Part shown: piece after piece, positions 44,265 through 52,760 of the stretch | How the letters are laid out: each line of letters begins with the position of its first letter | How positions within the stretch are numbered: the first letter of the stretch is position 1 | IMG/VR virus record: IMGVR_UViG_3300045256_000050 | Span: 1 to 64,000 of that record | DNA: 64,000 bases | Strand: one strand, 5' to 3' | Program-made: the position numbers and the translations under genes | Notes under the pieces: generated by a model | What the model saw: the letters and a program-made list of their open reading frames with translations, nothing else | Database searches by the model: none | What the model was told of the DNA's origin: nothing

Positions 44265-44894
44265 ATGGATGCGAAATGGGACGAAATCGACGCCCTGGAC
44301 TTCACTTCGGTGAAGGAGAAGCTGAAGTCGCAGAAAAGCTGGTGGTGGAAGTGGCGAAACAGCATCGACAAACTGGAGGGTGAGTACAAGCAGTTCTTGT
44401 ACTTGATCGCCACCAACCCCAGCAAGACCGTCGTGCCGTGGACGCAGCAACTCGACGACTTCTGGCACGCCCACATCCTCGATACCCGCAAGTACGAGGA
44501 GGACTGCAAGAAGATTTTCGGCCGGACGATCCACCACAACCCGCACCTACCCGTCGGGAGCTACGAGCAAAAGAAAGCGTTCAACGAAACGAAGGACATG
44601 TACCGGGCCGCTTTCGACCGGAAAAAGGGCACGGCCTACGCCGGGGATACGACGACTTCCTCGGGTGGTGATGTCGTGTTCATGCCCGTCGTGTTCTGTG
44701 GAGGCGGCTGTGCCAGTCACTCAACAACCCACTCCTCCGGCGACCACGCAGCCGCTTGCGGCACCGGCGGACACGCTGCTTCCTGTGGTGGCGGTGGAGG
44801 AGACGCAGGCGGCGGTGGCGGGGGTTGTGGTGGAGGCGGCGGTGGGTGTGGCGGCGGGGGCGGTTGCGGTGGTGGAGGGTGCGGCGGAAGCTGA
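44265..44894 (+). CDS. Glycine-rich-domain-containing (GRDP/DUF1399-like) protein with a Gly/Cys tail
   Basis: 'EYKQFLYL...DDFWHAHILDTRKY..DC...HHNP' followed by (GGGC)n. Confidence 0.85.
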   Translation: MDAKWDEIDALDFTSVKEKLKSQKSWWWKWRNSIDKLEGEYKQFLYLIATNPSKTVVPWTQQLDDFWHAHILDTRKYEEDCKKIFGRTIHHNPHLPVGSYEQKKAFNETKDMYRAAFDRKKGTAYAGDTTTSSGGDVVFMPVVFCGGGCASHSTTHSSGDHAAACGTGGHAASCGGGGGDAGGGGGGCGGGGGGCGGGGGCGGGGCGGS

Positions 44895-45055
44895 CCTTCG
44901 GGCCAAGTTCTTGCGGATCAAGGAGTCGGCGATCCGTAAGAACAACGAAGCCTGGATGATGGCGAAACACGGTCGCATCATCGCCGGGTACTGCGCCTGC
45001 TGCGGCAGGATCAGGGAACTGAACGGAATCTGCATTCACGACAAGGAGTGTTGCG

Positions 45056-45646
45056 TTGAACCAGACGGAGTACGAGACTTCACTGAAGAAGGAACTGCTC
45101 GACGTGTGCCGCCGAGTGAGCGTCGTGAGACGTGGGGAGATTACGCTGGCCTCGGGCCGAACAACTGACGTGTACTTGGACATGCGGAAGGCGATTCTCG
45201 ACGGGGCCGGTTGTGGTCTGATCGCCGAGTTGTTCCGCCTCAAAGTCGGCCAGCACTACCCCGAGCTTCAGGCGATTGGGGGCATGGGTTACGGGGCGGC
45301 ACCGCTCGTCGGTTCGTTCCTCTTCAACTGCCCGATGACGACCGGCTTCTTGGTCCGAAAAGGACAAAAGGAGTACGGGACGCAGAAGATGGTCGAAGGG
45401 GACATCAGTCCGGGGACTCGCTGCGGGCTGCTCGAAGACGTAACCACCACCGGCGGGAGCGTCCTGAGTGCGGCCATCAAGACGGCGGAAGTCACCGGGG
45501 AGCGGCCGAAGTTCGCCTTCACGGTAGTGGACCGGGGCGAGGGGGCTGTGGAGATGCTGGCCTCCCAGGGAATCACGTTGATCCCCTTGCTGACGATGGG
45601 CGAGTTGCTAGAAACTGACTTTACACCCGAACCCCGTGGGGTATAG
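45056..45646 (+). CDS. pyrE: Orotate phosphoribosyltransferase
   Basis: LASG...Y.D.R, RKGQKEYG, LEDVTTTGGS PRPP-binding loop, VDRGEG. Confidence 0.92.
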   Translation: MNQTEYETSLKKELLDVCRRVSVVRRGEITLASGRTTDVYLDMRKAILDGAGCGLIAELFRLKVGQHYPELQAIGGMGYGAAPLVGSFLFNCPMTTGFLVRKGQKEYGTQKMVEGDISPGTRCGLLEDVTTTGGSVLSAAIKTAEVTGERPKFAFTVVDRGEGAVEMLASQGITLIPLLTMGELLETDFTPEPRGV

Positions 45647-45685
45647 TGCTGTCATGCAAGTGGCCCAACCCCACGGAGGCAAAAC

Positions 45686-46240
45686 ATGCAGGTCAACGGA
45701 TACGAACTCCGGGAGGCGATGAAGCGGTGGAACACGCTCCGCAACATCGCCGCCGCCCAACACAAGGACTCGATCTTCGTCTTCGAGGGCGACGAGAACC
45801 CGTCCCTCGGCGATGTCATCAAGCGGTTCGTCGAGGCCGACAACGCCTACTCCAAGCTGCAAGAAGTGCAGCAGTGGTACAACTCGCTCGTCCAGGTCAA
45901 CTACAAGGGGCTGGACGGCAAGCCGGTCACGTCCACGCTCGCCTTCGCCGTGAAGGCCGTCGGCGGGGCGGGCCGGATCGAGAAGATGTGGCGTGACGCC
46001 TGTTCCGAGAAGCAGGATCGCTACGGCTGCTACCGTCAGGAGCGGGAGCGTGACCCGTCCAAGACCTACGCCAAGCGGGCCATTCCCATCGCCGAGGCGA
46101 TGAAGATGGCCGACCACGCCAGCAAGTACGCCATGACCCTGCGTCAAGCCATCGCCCGTGCCAACACAACCCAGGTCGAAGTGACGACCGGCAAGGGGTG
46201 CCCGATCACCCCGGAGGAACTGGAAAAGCTCCTGAGCTAA
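45686..46240 (+). CDS. Coiled-coil hypothetical protein
   Basis: GGAGG RBS; helical composition. Confidence 0.8.
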   Translation: MQVNGYELREAMKRWNTLRNIAAAQHKDSIFVFEGDENPSLGDVIKRFVEADNAYSKLQEVQQWYNSLVQVNYKGLDGKPVTSTLAFAVKAVGGAGRIEKMWRDACSEKQDRYGCYRQERERDPSKTYAKRAIPIAEAMKMADHASKYAMTLRQAIARANTTQVEVTTGKGCPITPEELEKLLS

Positions 46241-46259
46241 TCCAGGGAACCCGGCGTGA

Positions 46260-46437
46260 AGAGTAGAGACGATTACACAATTACCCTCGTAACGAAGGTG
46301 GTGGACTACTGATAGGGCTGCCGTCCGTCTCGTAGCTAAATACCCGTCAGCCGCATCCCACGGCACAGTCGGGTGATTGCAAAGGACGCCAGGGGTCGCC
46401 TACTGTAAGTCACCTGCTCGTAGCTGATCTCTACTCT
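46260..46437 (+). ncRNA. Candidate structured RNA or leader upstream of metG
   Basis: 10-bp closing helix AGAGTAGAGA/TCTCTACTCT, followed by a hairpin at 46439-46468. Confidence 0.4.
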
Positions 46438-46491
46438 CGGACCCCGGTTGGGCAACTGGCCGGGGTCCACTTTCGTACAAAGGAGGCTGCC

Positions 46492-48141
46492 GTGAACCGT
46501 TGGAACAAGTTCTACATCACCACCGCCATTGACTACCCGAACGCCCTCCCGCACAACGGCACGGCGTTCGAGAAGATCGGTGCCGACGTGCAGGCCCGGT
46601 TCCGCCGGTTCTGCGGCTTCCACCCGTTCCTCCTGATGGGGAACGACGAGAACACCGTTAAGGTGGTCAAGGCCACGCCCGAAGGGCTGACGACGCAAGA
46701 GTACGTCGATAACATGGCCGTCGCCTTCATGCACGAGTGGCAGAAGCTCGGCATCGACTACTCGGCCTTCCTCCAGACCAGCAAGGACCGGCACCGGCAG
46801 GGCGTCGAGAAGTTCATCAACGCCGTCTGGGCCAGCGGCTACATCGAGAAGCGGCCGTACACCGCCCTGTACTGCGAGGGGTGCGAGGAATTCAAGACCC
46901 CGAAGTCGCTCGACTACGCCAAGCGGTGCCCGCACCACCAGAACACCCCGGTCGTGGAAGTGACCGAGGAGAACTACTTCTTCAAGTTGTCGGCCTTCAA
47001 GGACCGGCTGCTCGACTACTACAAGAAGGCGGAAATCTTCCCGGAGGCCCGCCGCAACGAGATGCTTGACTTAGTGCAGACCGAACTGCACGACATGAGC
47101 ATCAGCCGTTCGAGCCGGGGCTGGGGCATCCCGGTGCCGTTCGACACGACGCAGACGATCTACGTCTGGTTCGACGCCCTCCTGAGCTACCTGACCGGCG
47201 TCGGGTTCGGCTGGGATTGGGGGATGTTCAAGAACCTCTGGCCCGCCGACGTGCATGTGATCGGGAAGGACATCACCCGGTTCCACTGCACCCTCTGGCC
47301 TGCGATGATTATGGCCTACAACGAGGTAGTGCAGAACCAGCACTCCATCGGCCTCGCCGAAGAACTGCCCGTGATCGACCTGCCGAAGCAGGTGTTTTCC
47401 CACGGCTTCATCTACCGGAAGAAGGGGCACGAACTCGTCCGGGAGTCGAAGACGGACGCCGAGTCGAACCTGGGGCCGCTCGTCGAGGAGTTCGGGGCCG
47501 AGGCGTACCGCTACTACTTCATGGCGAAGTGCCCGTTCGGTGCGGACGGCGAGTACAGCAGGGACCACATTCGGGAAGTGTACAACGCCGACTTGGCGAA
47601 CAACCTGGGGAACTTGGTCAACCGCTCCATCCAGATGATCGTGAAGTACGGCGGCGGGAAGTTGCCGTTCGGCAAGACGGAGAAGGTCTGGCTCGACCCG
47701 AAGACGATGACCGACTTCCGCACCGACATGGCGTTGTTCAACTACCGAGCCGCCCTGACGACCATCTGGAACATCCTGCACCGGGCGAACGAGTACATCG
47801 AGGCGAACAAGCCCTGGGAGTTGACAAAGACCGACCAGGGCAAGTGCCTGGACGTGCTGAGGGAACTCGTCGCCGCCCTGCGGATCGTGTCCCTGATGCT
47901 CAAGCCGTTCATGCCGGGGACTGCGGCCAAGATCGCCGTGGCTCTCGGTCTGAAGGACTGGCCGAACATGACCTTCGGAGACTTGGCCCGGATCGCTCAC
48001 TACAACGGAGATGGGCTGGGTGAGGTTCAAGTCGAACCCATCCAGCCGCTCTTTCCTCGTTCTGTCGCCCCGGTCCAAAAAGAACCGAAAGGACCGGGTA
48101 AGGTCAAAGGCACGCCGGGAACTGAACCGGCTGCTGGCTGA
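46492..48141 (+). CDS. metG: Methionyl-tRNA synthetase (short form) with variant signature motifs
   Basis: YITTAIDYPN, CxxCE knuckle, YVWFDAL, IGKDI.RFH, N.DLANNLGNL.NR; HIGH appears as HNGT, KMSKS as RESKT. Confidence 0.93.
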   Translation: MNRWNKFYITTAIDYPNALPHNGTAFEKIGADVQARFRRFCGFHPFLLMGNDENTVKVVKATPEGLTTQEYVDNMAVAFMHEWQKLGIDYSAFLQTSKDRHRQGVEKFINAVWASGYIEKRPYTALYCEGCEEFKTPKSLDYAKRCPHHQNTPVVEVTEENYFFKLSAFKDRLLDYYKKAEIFPEARRNEMLDLVQTELHDMSISRSSRGWGIPVPFDTTQTIYVWFDALLSYLTGVGFGWDWGMFKNLWPADVHVIGKDITRFHCTLWPAMIMAYNEVVQNQHSIGLAEELPVIDLPKQVFSHGFIYRKKGHELVRESKTDAESNLGPLVEEFGAEAYRYYFMAKCPFGADGEYSRDHIREVYNADLANNLGNLVNRSIQMIVKYGGGKLPFGKTEKVWLDPKTMTDFRTDMALFNYRAALTTIWNILHRANEYIEANKPWELTKTDQGKCLDVLRELVAALRIVSLMLKPFMPGTAAKIAVALGLKDWPNMTFGDLARIAHYNGDGLGEVQVEPIQPLFPRSVAPVQKEPKGPGKVKGTPGTEPAAG

Positions 48142-48436
48142 CCACAGCTACAGTTGCTATTGGTGCAATGCCAAGCTGGTCAACGCCGACACCATACCCC
48201 ACGAGGTTGTGGTGCGGCGTAGTCCGACGGTGTTGTACTGGCGGATCGAAACGGGCGAGATCGTCTCCTGTAAGATGGCGACGGTCGATCACCTGAAGGA
48301 GATCAGTCAGGGCGGCGGCAACGAGAGCAGCAATCTCGTTCCGTCCTGCGGAAGCTGCAACTGGCGGCGGTCGGGCGATCCCGAGAAGTTCCGTAAGAGG
48401 ATGCTGCACCATCCGTTCTACAAGGGACAGTCATGA
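48011..48436 (+). CDS. HNH endonuclease (start uncertain; overlaps the metG 3' end)
   Basis: CYWC...ATVDHL...GG.N...NLVPSCGSCN. Confidence 0.8.
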   Translation: MGWVRFKSNPSSRSFLVLSPRSKKNRKDRVRSKARRELNRLLADHSYSCYWCNAKLVNADTIPHEVVVRRSPTVLYWRIETGEIVSCKMATVDHLKEISQGGGNESSNLVPSCGSCNWRRSGDPEKFRKRMLHHPFYKGQS

Positions 48437-48633
48437 TCCGCTGGTTCCTCGGCCTCTTCAAGAAGAAGCAGAAGACGCTCGTCTGCATTCGACAGTCCCA
48501 GACGTTCCACTGGCCCGTCGGCCTGGGGGAGCAAACGCCTGGGACGTGTGCCGAGTGCGGGGCGGCGATCTTCTACGAGAAGCAGAACGAGGACTACCGG
48601 AAGATTTGCAATCGGTGCGCAGGGATGTTCTGA
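48433..48633 (+). CDS. Small Zn-ribbon protein
   Basis: CAEC and CNRC motifs; ATGA overlap. Confidence 0.7.
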   Translation: MIRWFLGLFKKKQKTLVCIRQSQTFHWPVGLGEQTPGTCAECGAAIFYEKQNEDYRKICNRCAGMF

Positions 48634-48651
48634 TTTCGCCTACATAGAAGC

Positions 48652-49305
48652 ATGTTAAGCTTCCGTGCATGGTTTGAAGTCAACTACCCGAAAGAACTCG
48701 ACGATTTCGACCCGACTGATTTCGCCGGTCGGGAAGCCTCCATTCAGCAGAGGATGAAGGAGAAGGGCGAGGACTGGTTCACCGCCGGTTCCGCCCCGAC
48801 GGACTACAAGGTCCGCCGAGCCGAAGTCATCAAAGCCTGGAACCACATCGTCAAGACCCTATTCCCCGGCGGTGAGTTCACCGGCAACCTGGACACGGGT
48901 CCGGGCAACGTGATGAACTACAGCATCAAGATGGGGCCACGGGGCGTCATCTTCTCTCTTCACGAAGACAAGTACGGCAAGAACCTGTACGCCACGGTGG
49001 ACTTCGGCTGGGACGAGATGCCCGCAGAGTTGAGCCAGAAGGACGCTGACAACGTGAGCGGCGGGGACGCCAACGTAGCCGCTAAGAGCGTTCAGCCGGG
49101 GTCCATGACTTTCATGCGTACCCTGGAGCGGTACGCTGCGGCCTGCCAGAAGTACGGCATCCGGTTCATCTTCAACGCCTCGGACGAGGGCGACACGTCA
49201 CGCCGGGTGCCGGTGTACGGGAAGGTGTTGAAGCGGGCGGGCTACGAGCCGGTGAATGTTTACCGCCGCCGTAACACATTCAAGCCAGCCGGAAGCACCT
49301 ACTGA
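48652..49305 (+). CDS. Hypothetical protein with a capsid-targeting-like N-terminus
   Basis: MLSFRAWFE start; CTACATA immediately upstream. Confidence 0.8.
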   Translation: MLSFRAWFEVNYPKELDDFDPTDFAGREASIQQRMKEKGEDWFTAGSAPTDYKVRRAEVIKAWNHIVKTLFPGGEFTGNLDTGPGNVMNYSIKMGPRGVIFSLHEDKYGKNLYATVDFGWDEMPAELSQKDADNVSGGDANVAAKSVQPGSMTFMRTLERYAAACQKYGIRFIFNASDEGDTSRRVPVYGKVLKRAGYEPVNVYRRRNTFKPAGSTY

Positions 49306-49337
49306 TCCGACGGTTATGGCTTTTCAGAAAATCCTGC

Positions 49338-49366
49338 TTGACAGCATCTCCGGCCTCTGAGATAGT
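49338..49366 (+). promoter_or_regulatory. Sigma70-type promoter
   Basis: TTGACA-N17-GATAGT. Confidence 0.5.
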
Positions 49367-49451
49367 TGGGCCACTCTACAACTTTTGTACTCGGCCCTAA
49401 CGACTCCCGTATGGAGCGGGAGCCGTCGTATCTCTAGTTGGAGGAGTACGG

Positions 49452-49721
49452 ATGGCACAGGATGTTGCGGCCAGGGACGACGACGTTGACCTGTTCGCCG
49501 ACACGGTGTTGTTTGAACCCGGCGAAGTGACGGTGGTGGACGAGAAGGCGATGGCGTTGTTACAGAAGAACCGCCGTGATCGTGTGGTGGCGACGGTCGT
49601 TCAACTGGTGATGGACATGTTCATTACGACCGGGATTCCGCCCCAATACTTCCCCGGCACGGAGCCGTTCAAGCGGCTGATGACCCAGGTTCGGGCGACG
49701 ATGATCGCCCACGACTTCTAA
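49452..49721 (+). CDS. Hypothetical protein
   Basis: GGAGGAG RBS. Confidence 0.75.
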   Translation: MAQDVAARDDDVDLFADTVLFEPGEVTVVDEKAMALLQKNRRDRVVATVVQLVMDMFITTGIPPQYFPGTEPFKRLMTQVRATMIAHDF

Positions 49722-49742
49722 TCGGTGTCCGCCCACACCGAG

Positions 49743-49775
49743 AACGGCCCGGCTGGAGTTCCAGCCGGGCCGTTT
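49743..49775. terminator. Hairpin between convergent genes
   Basis: AACGGCCCGGCTGGA/TCCAGCCGGGCCGTT. Confidence 0.65.
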
Positions 49776-49777
49776 GT

Positions 49778-50179
49778 TTACTTCTTCGGTTCGGTCAAGA
49801 TGTCCGGTACGAGCGGGACGATCCGGCTCGGTCCCAACTGCTTCTTGACGTTGTGGTACTCGTCGGCGGGAATCAGGACCGGCATGTACCCTTCGGGGTA
49901 GACGATTACCCTGTCGATCTGTCGGCCGGTGACTTTGTAGTATTCCTCCAGCCGCTTCGACGCCTCCTTCTGGGCAGGCGTGATGTCGTTCCCGTAGTAC
50001 ATCACGGTGAAGAATCCGTCGTAGTTGGCGACGGGCTTCTCGGGCATCTTCTGTGGAACGCCCTTCTCCTGAAGTTCCTTCAGTTTCTCGGGTGGGATCG
50101 GGTTCTCGAATCCCGGCTTCTCCTGCCCGAAAGCGAAAGTCAGCCCGAGTGCAAACAAACCGACGTGGACCCACTTCAT
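49778..50179 (-). CDS. Secreted hypothetical protein
   Basis: Signal peptide MKWVHVGLFALGLTFAFG; AAGGAG RBS. Confidence 0.8.
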   Translation of the reverse strand: MKWVHVGLFALGLTFAFGQEKPGFENPIPPEKLKELQEKGVPQKMPEKPVANYDGFFTVMYYGNDITPAQKEASKRLEEYYKVTGRQIDRVIVYPEGYMPVLIPADEYHNVKKQLGPSRIVPLVPDILTEPKK

Positions 50180-50198
50180 GTCTACTCCTTAGTGAAGG

Positions 50199-50672
50199 TT
50201 ACTTGGCCTTCTTCTTGGCCTTGCTCACACCGTCTGCGAACAACTCGACATCCTTCCGCCACAGACCGTGCCGCTCCACGATGGCGTTGAACTCCTCCAG
50301 GTCGTGCGGGATGATCTTCAGCTTCTTCACGCCGTCCTCGTCTTCCTCGACCCCGGCGTGACACAGTTCGTGATCGACCAGGGCCACCTTGTCCTCGTGG
50401 GACAGTTGCTCCCACACGGGCAGGGTGATCGTCATGCAGAAGAAGTCGGACGTAAAACCGTCAGCCTGATCCTCGGCAGGGGCGGCGAGGTAGGCGGGCA
50501 ACGCCCCGATCTTCCGCATGGTGCCCCATACCTGCTTGTTACCCTTGTTCGGGATTTTGTCAATGAAAACGTACTCGATCCGCACATCGACAAGATGCGG
50601 GTGGTACTCGGGGATGAGTTCTTGAGCGATTTTTTGAACATCGGGTGCAGGGGTGAACTTCTTGCCAGCCAT
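50199..50672 (-). CDS. Putative phage metallopeptidase
   Basis: 'ALVDHELCH...HDLEEF..IV.RHG.W' motif. Confidence 0.85.
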   Translation of the reverse strand: MAGKKFTPAPDVQKIAQELIPEYHPHLVDVRIEYVFIDKIPNKGNKQVWGTMRKIGALPAYLAAPAEDQADGFTSDFFCMTITLPVWEQLSHEDKVALVDHELCHAGVEEDEDGVKKLKIIPHDLEEFNAIVERHGLWRKDVELFADGVSKAKKKAK

Positions 50673-50701
50673 CTTTCGCCCTCCGTGGCGTATATAAGGT
50701 C

Positions 50702-51679
50702 ATGGACAAACGCATCGCACTTTTGGTTGTAAACCTCGCCCTGATCGTAGGAAACGTTGGTGCGTTCTTCTACCTCAAGGACAAGCACAGCCGTCGGCAC
50801 GCTGAACGGCCACCTGTTGTTCAGGTACAGCCGCCGGTCAACCCCCAGCCGGTACAGCCCACGCCGCCGCCGGAAGTCAAACCCAAGATTTCGTTTACTA
50901 TACCAAACGGGGACATGTCCTTCCAGGCCATTCGCACGCAACTCCAGACCTGGGCGAAGGAGGCTCCAAGCATTGTGGAATACGGAACTTACGGTAAGTC
51001 ACAGAACGGCACCGAGCATCCGTACATCCGGGTCGGCAAGAAGACCGGGCCGAAGGTGTTGATCCACGCCTGCATCCACGGGAACGAACACCTGTCCGCA
51101 ATGGTGGCGATGGGCGTGTTCGGTAAGATGCTCGACGCCTACATGGTCGATCCCGAGGTTACGAAACTGTTCAGCGAGCGGGACATCTATTTTGTGCCCG
51201 TGTTTTCGGTCGAGAGTTTCCAGCGGAACAGCCGTCACGACATGGGCAAAGACCCGAACCGAAACTGGAGTGACGCCCGGAACAACGACGTGCCGTCCAT
51301 TCCCTCGGTGCAGTCGATGAAGGACTTCTTCAAGGCGAACCAGTTCAAGGCCGTGATGTCGTGTCACAACTACGGCAAGGTCTACCTCTACCCGTGGGGC
51401 TACGTCCAGCAAAAAACCCCGCACGACGCCGCCTACCGCTCGATCCTGGGCGAGATGGCGAGCGTGACCGGGTACAAGTACGAGCAGCTTCTTCGTCAAT
51501 CCGCACCGCCCTACTACGGGTACGAGGCCGACTGGTACTACAAGAACGGGGCGCTCGCATTCGTGAACGAGATCGGCACCCGGTTCGAGGCCACCGGCCC
51601 GGAGATCAGGACCGAAGTCGAGAAGAACTACAAAGCGTTCATGATCTTCATCAACAAGGCTCCGGTCGCCATGCGGTAA
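50702..51679 (+). CDS. M14 zinc carboxypeptidase with an N-terminal anchor
   Basis: HGNE, DPNRNW, SCHNY, YPWG and a C-terminal catalytic E. Confidence 0.88.
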   Translation: MDKRIALLVVNLALIVGNVGAFFYLKDKHSRRHAERPPVVQVQPPVNPQPVQPTPPPEVKPKISFTIPNGDMSFQAIRTQLQTWAKEAPSIVEYGTYGKSQNGTEHPYIRVGKKTGPKVLIHACIHGNEHLSAMVAMGVFGKMLDAYMVDPEVTKLFSERDIYFVPVFSVESFQRNSRHDMGKDPNRNWSDARNNDVPSIPSVQSMKDFFKANQFKAVMSCHNYGKVYLYPWGYVQQKTPHDAAYRSILGEMASVTGYKYEQLLRQSAPPYYGYEADWYYKNGALAFVNEIGTRFEATGPEIRTEVEKNYKAFMIFINKAPVAMR

Positions 51680-51774
51680 ACGAAGGCGTCCCCGTCTTAG
51701 GAAGGACGGGGACGGAGGGGAATTGAAGTAGGACGGGATAGCGGCCTCGGAGCGTGACCCTGAACGAGTCACCT

Positions 51775-52467
51775 TCAGATAGTCTCCTCGGCCTGACGGA
51801 TGACGGGGACGGCCAGCGGGCCGTTTCGTAACTTGACATCGAACTCGTTGGTGATGTACGGCTTGCCCCAACGGTTCTTGTGCATGAAGACGGTGTGCTT
51901 GCCGTCTTCGTCTTTTTTGATCTTGAAGGCGTTGCTGGCGAAGAACATCGGGCCGTAGCCGAACGGGGCCATCTCGTTCGTCATGATGTAGGGTTCGCCC
52001 CACATGTGCATGATGACCGGCTCACGGGTCTGGACGACGCCGATGATGACCGACTGCTCACGCCAGGACTTCTGCACCAGCCGGTGCGTCAGTCGGGCCA
52101 TCACCTTCGCACGGGGCGGAAAGATGGACTCCCCTTCGGCGTTCTCGTAGCCGTAGGCGATCTCGTCCTGCATGTCGTCGTGGATTTCGAGCTTGGGCGC
52201 ACGCACGCCGAGGGCCAGTTGTTGAAGGACGTTCTCGTACTGAATGCGGTTGACGAACGCCGTCTTGCCGCTCGCCAGTCGGCCGGTGACGAGGATGAAT
52301 GAGCCGGTGTGAAGTCCGCCGCCCAGGTTGTCGTCGAATTCCGGGAACCCGGTTGGGATGCGGTCCGTCTGATAGTGTTGGGCACCGGGGTGAGCGATGG
52401 CCCGGCCGTTCAGGGCGAGGGCGGCACCGGACAGACCGAGAACCTTGAGGAAGGTGCGACGGAACAT
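51775..52467 (-). CDS. RecA/DnaB/KaiC-like P-loop ATPase with a Tat-like N-terminal signal
   Basis: MFRRTFLKVLG...AIA; IPTGFPEFDDNLGGG, GRLASGKT, KNRWG. Confidence 0.75.
   Translation of the reverse strand: MFRRTFLKVLGLSGAALALNGRAIAHPGAQHYQTDRIPTGFPEFDDNLGGGLHTGSFILVTGRLASGKTAFVNRIQYENVLQQLALGVRAPKLEIHDDMQDEIAYGYENAEGESIFPPRAKVMARLTHRLVQKSWREQSVIIGVVQTREPVIMHMWGEPYIMTNEMAPFGYGPMFFASNAFKIKKDEDGKHTVFMHKNRWGKPYITNEFDVKLRNGPLAVPVIRQAEETI
51823..51839. repeat. Dispersed motif GTTTCGTAACTTGACAT, copy 3
   Basis: 17/17 identity with 27150-27166. Confidence 0.85.
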
Positions 52468-52470
52468 GTT

Positions 52471-52725
52471 TTACCCTGCGATCTTGAGTTTGATGCCGAT
52501 CCGGCCACGTCGCCCGATCTGGATGTCTTCCAGCAGCATCGGGGTTGAGAGATAGGTCACTTGAACTGGCTCTGTTGTATCTTCGGCCCGAAAAGTCTGC
52601 AAGTGCTTTTCCTCCATGATGAGCAACACGCCGCCCGGTTCCGGGAACACGTCCAGCACGTCCGTCCGGTCGATGCTTACCACGGTTTGTCCTCGAAAAA
52701 GGAAAGCGGCGTGGGGATGAGCCAC
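52471..52725 (-). CDS. Hypothetical protein
   Basis: Fills the operon gap, GTG start. Confidence 0.6.
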   Translation of the reverse strand: MAHPHAAFLFRGQTVVSIDRTDVLDVFPEPGGVLLIMEEKHLQTFRAEDTTEPVQVTYLSTPMLLEDIQIGRRGRIGIKLKIAG

Positions 52726-52760
52726 GCCGCCATTCTATTGCCGACTTTTCGGACGTAAAC

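Noticed and set aside
44665-45168. ORF overlapping the Gly-rich tail and pyrE
   Set aside because: The N-terminal part is an alternative frame of the Gly repeat; a short Cys-containing gene at about 44900-45168 is possible, but its start and overlap are unconvincing.
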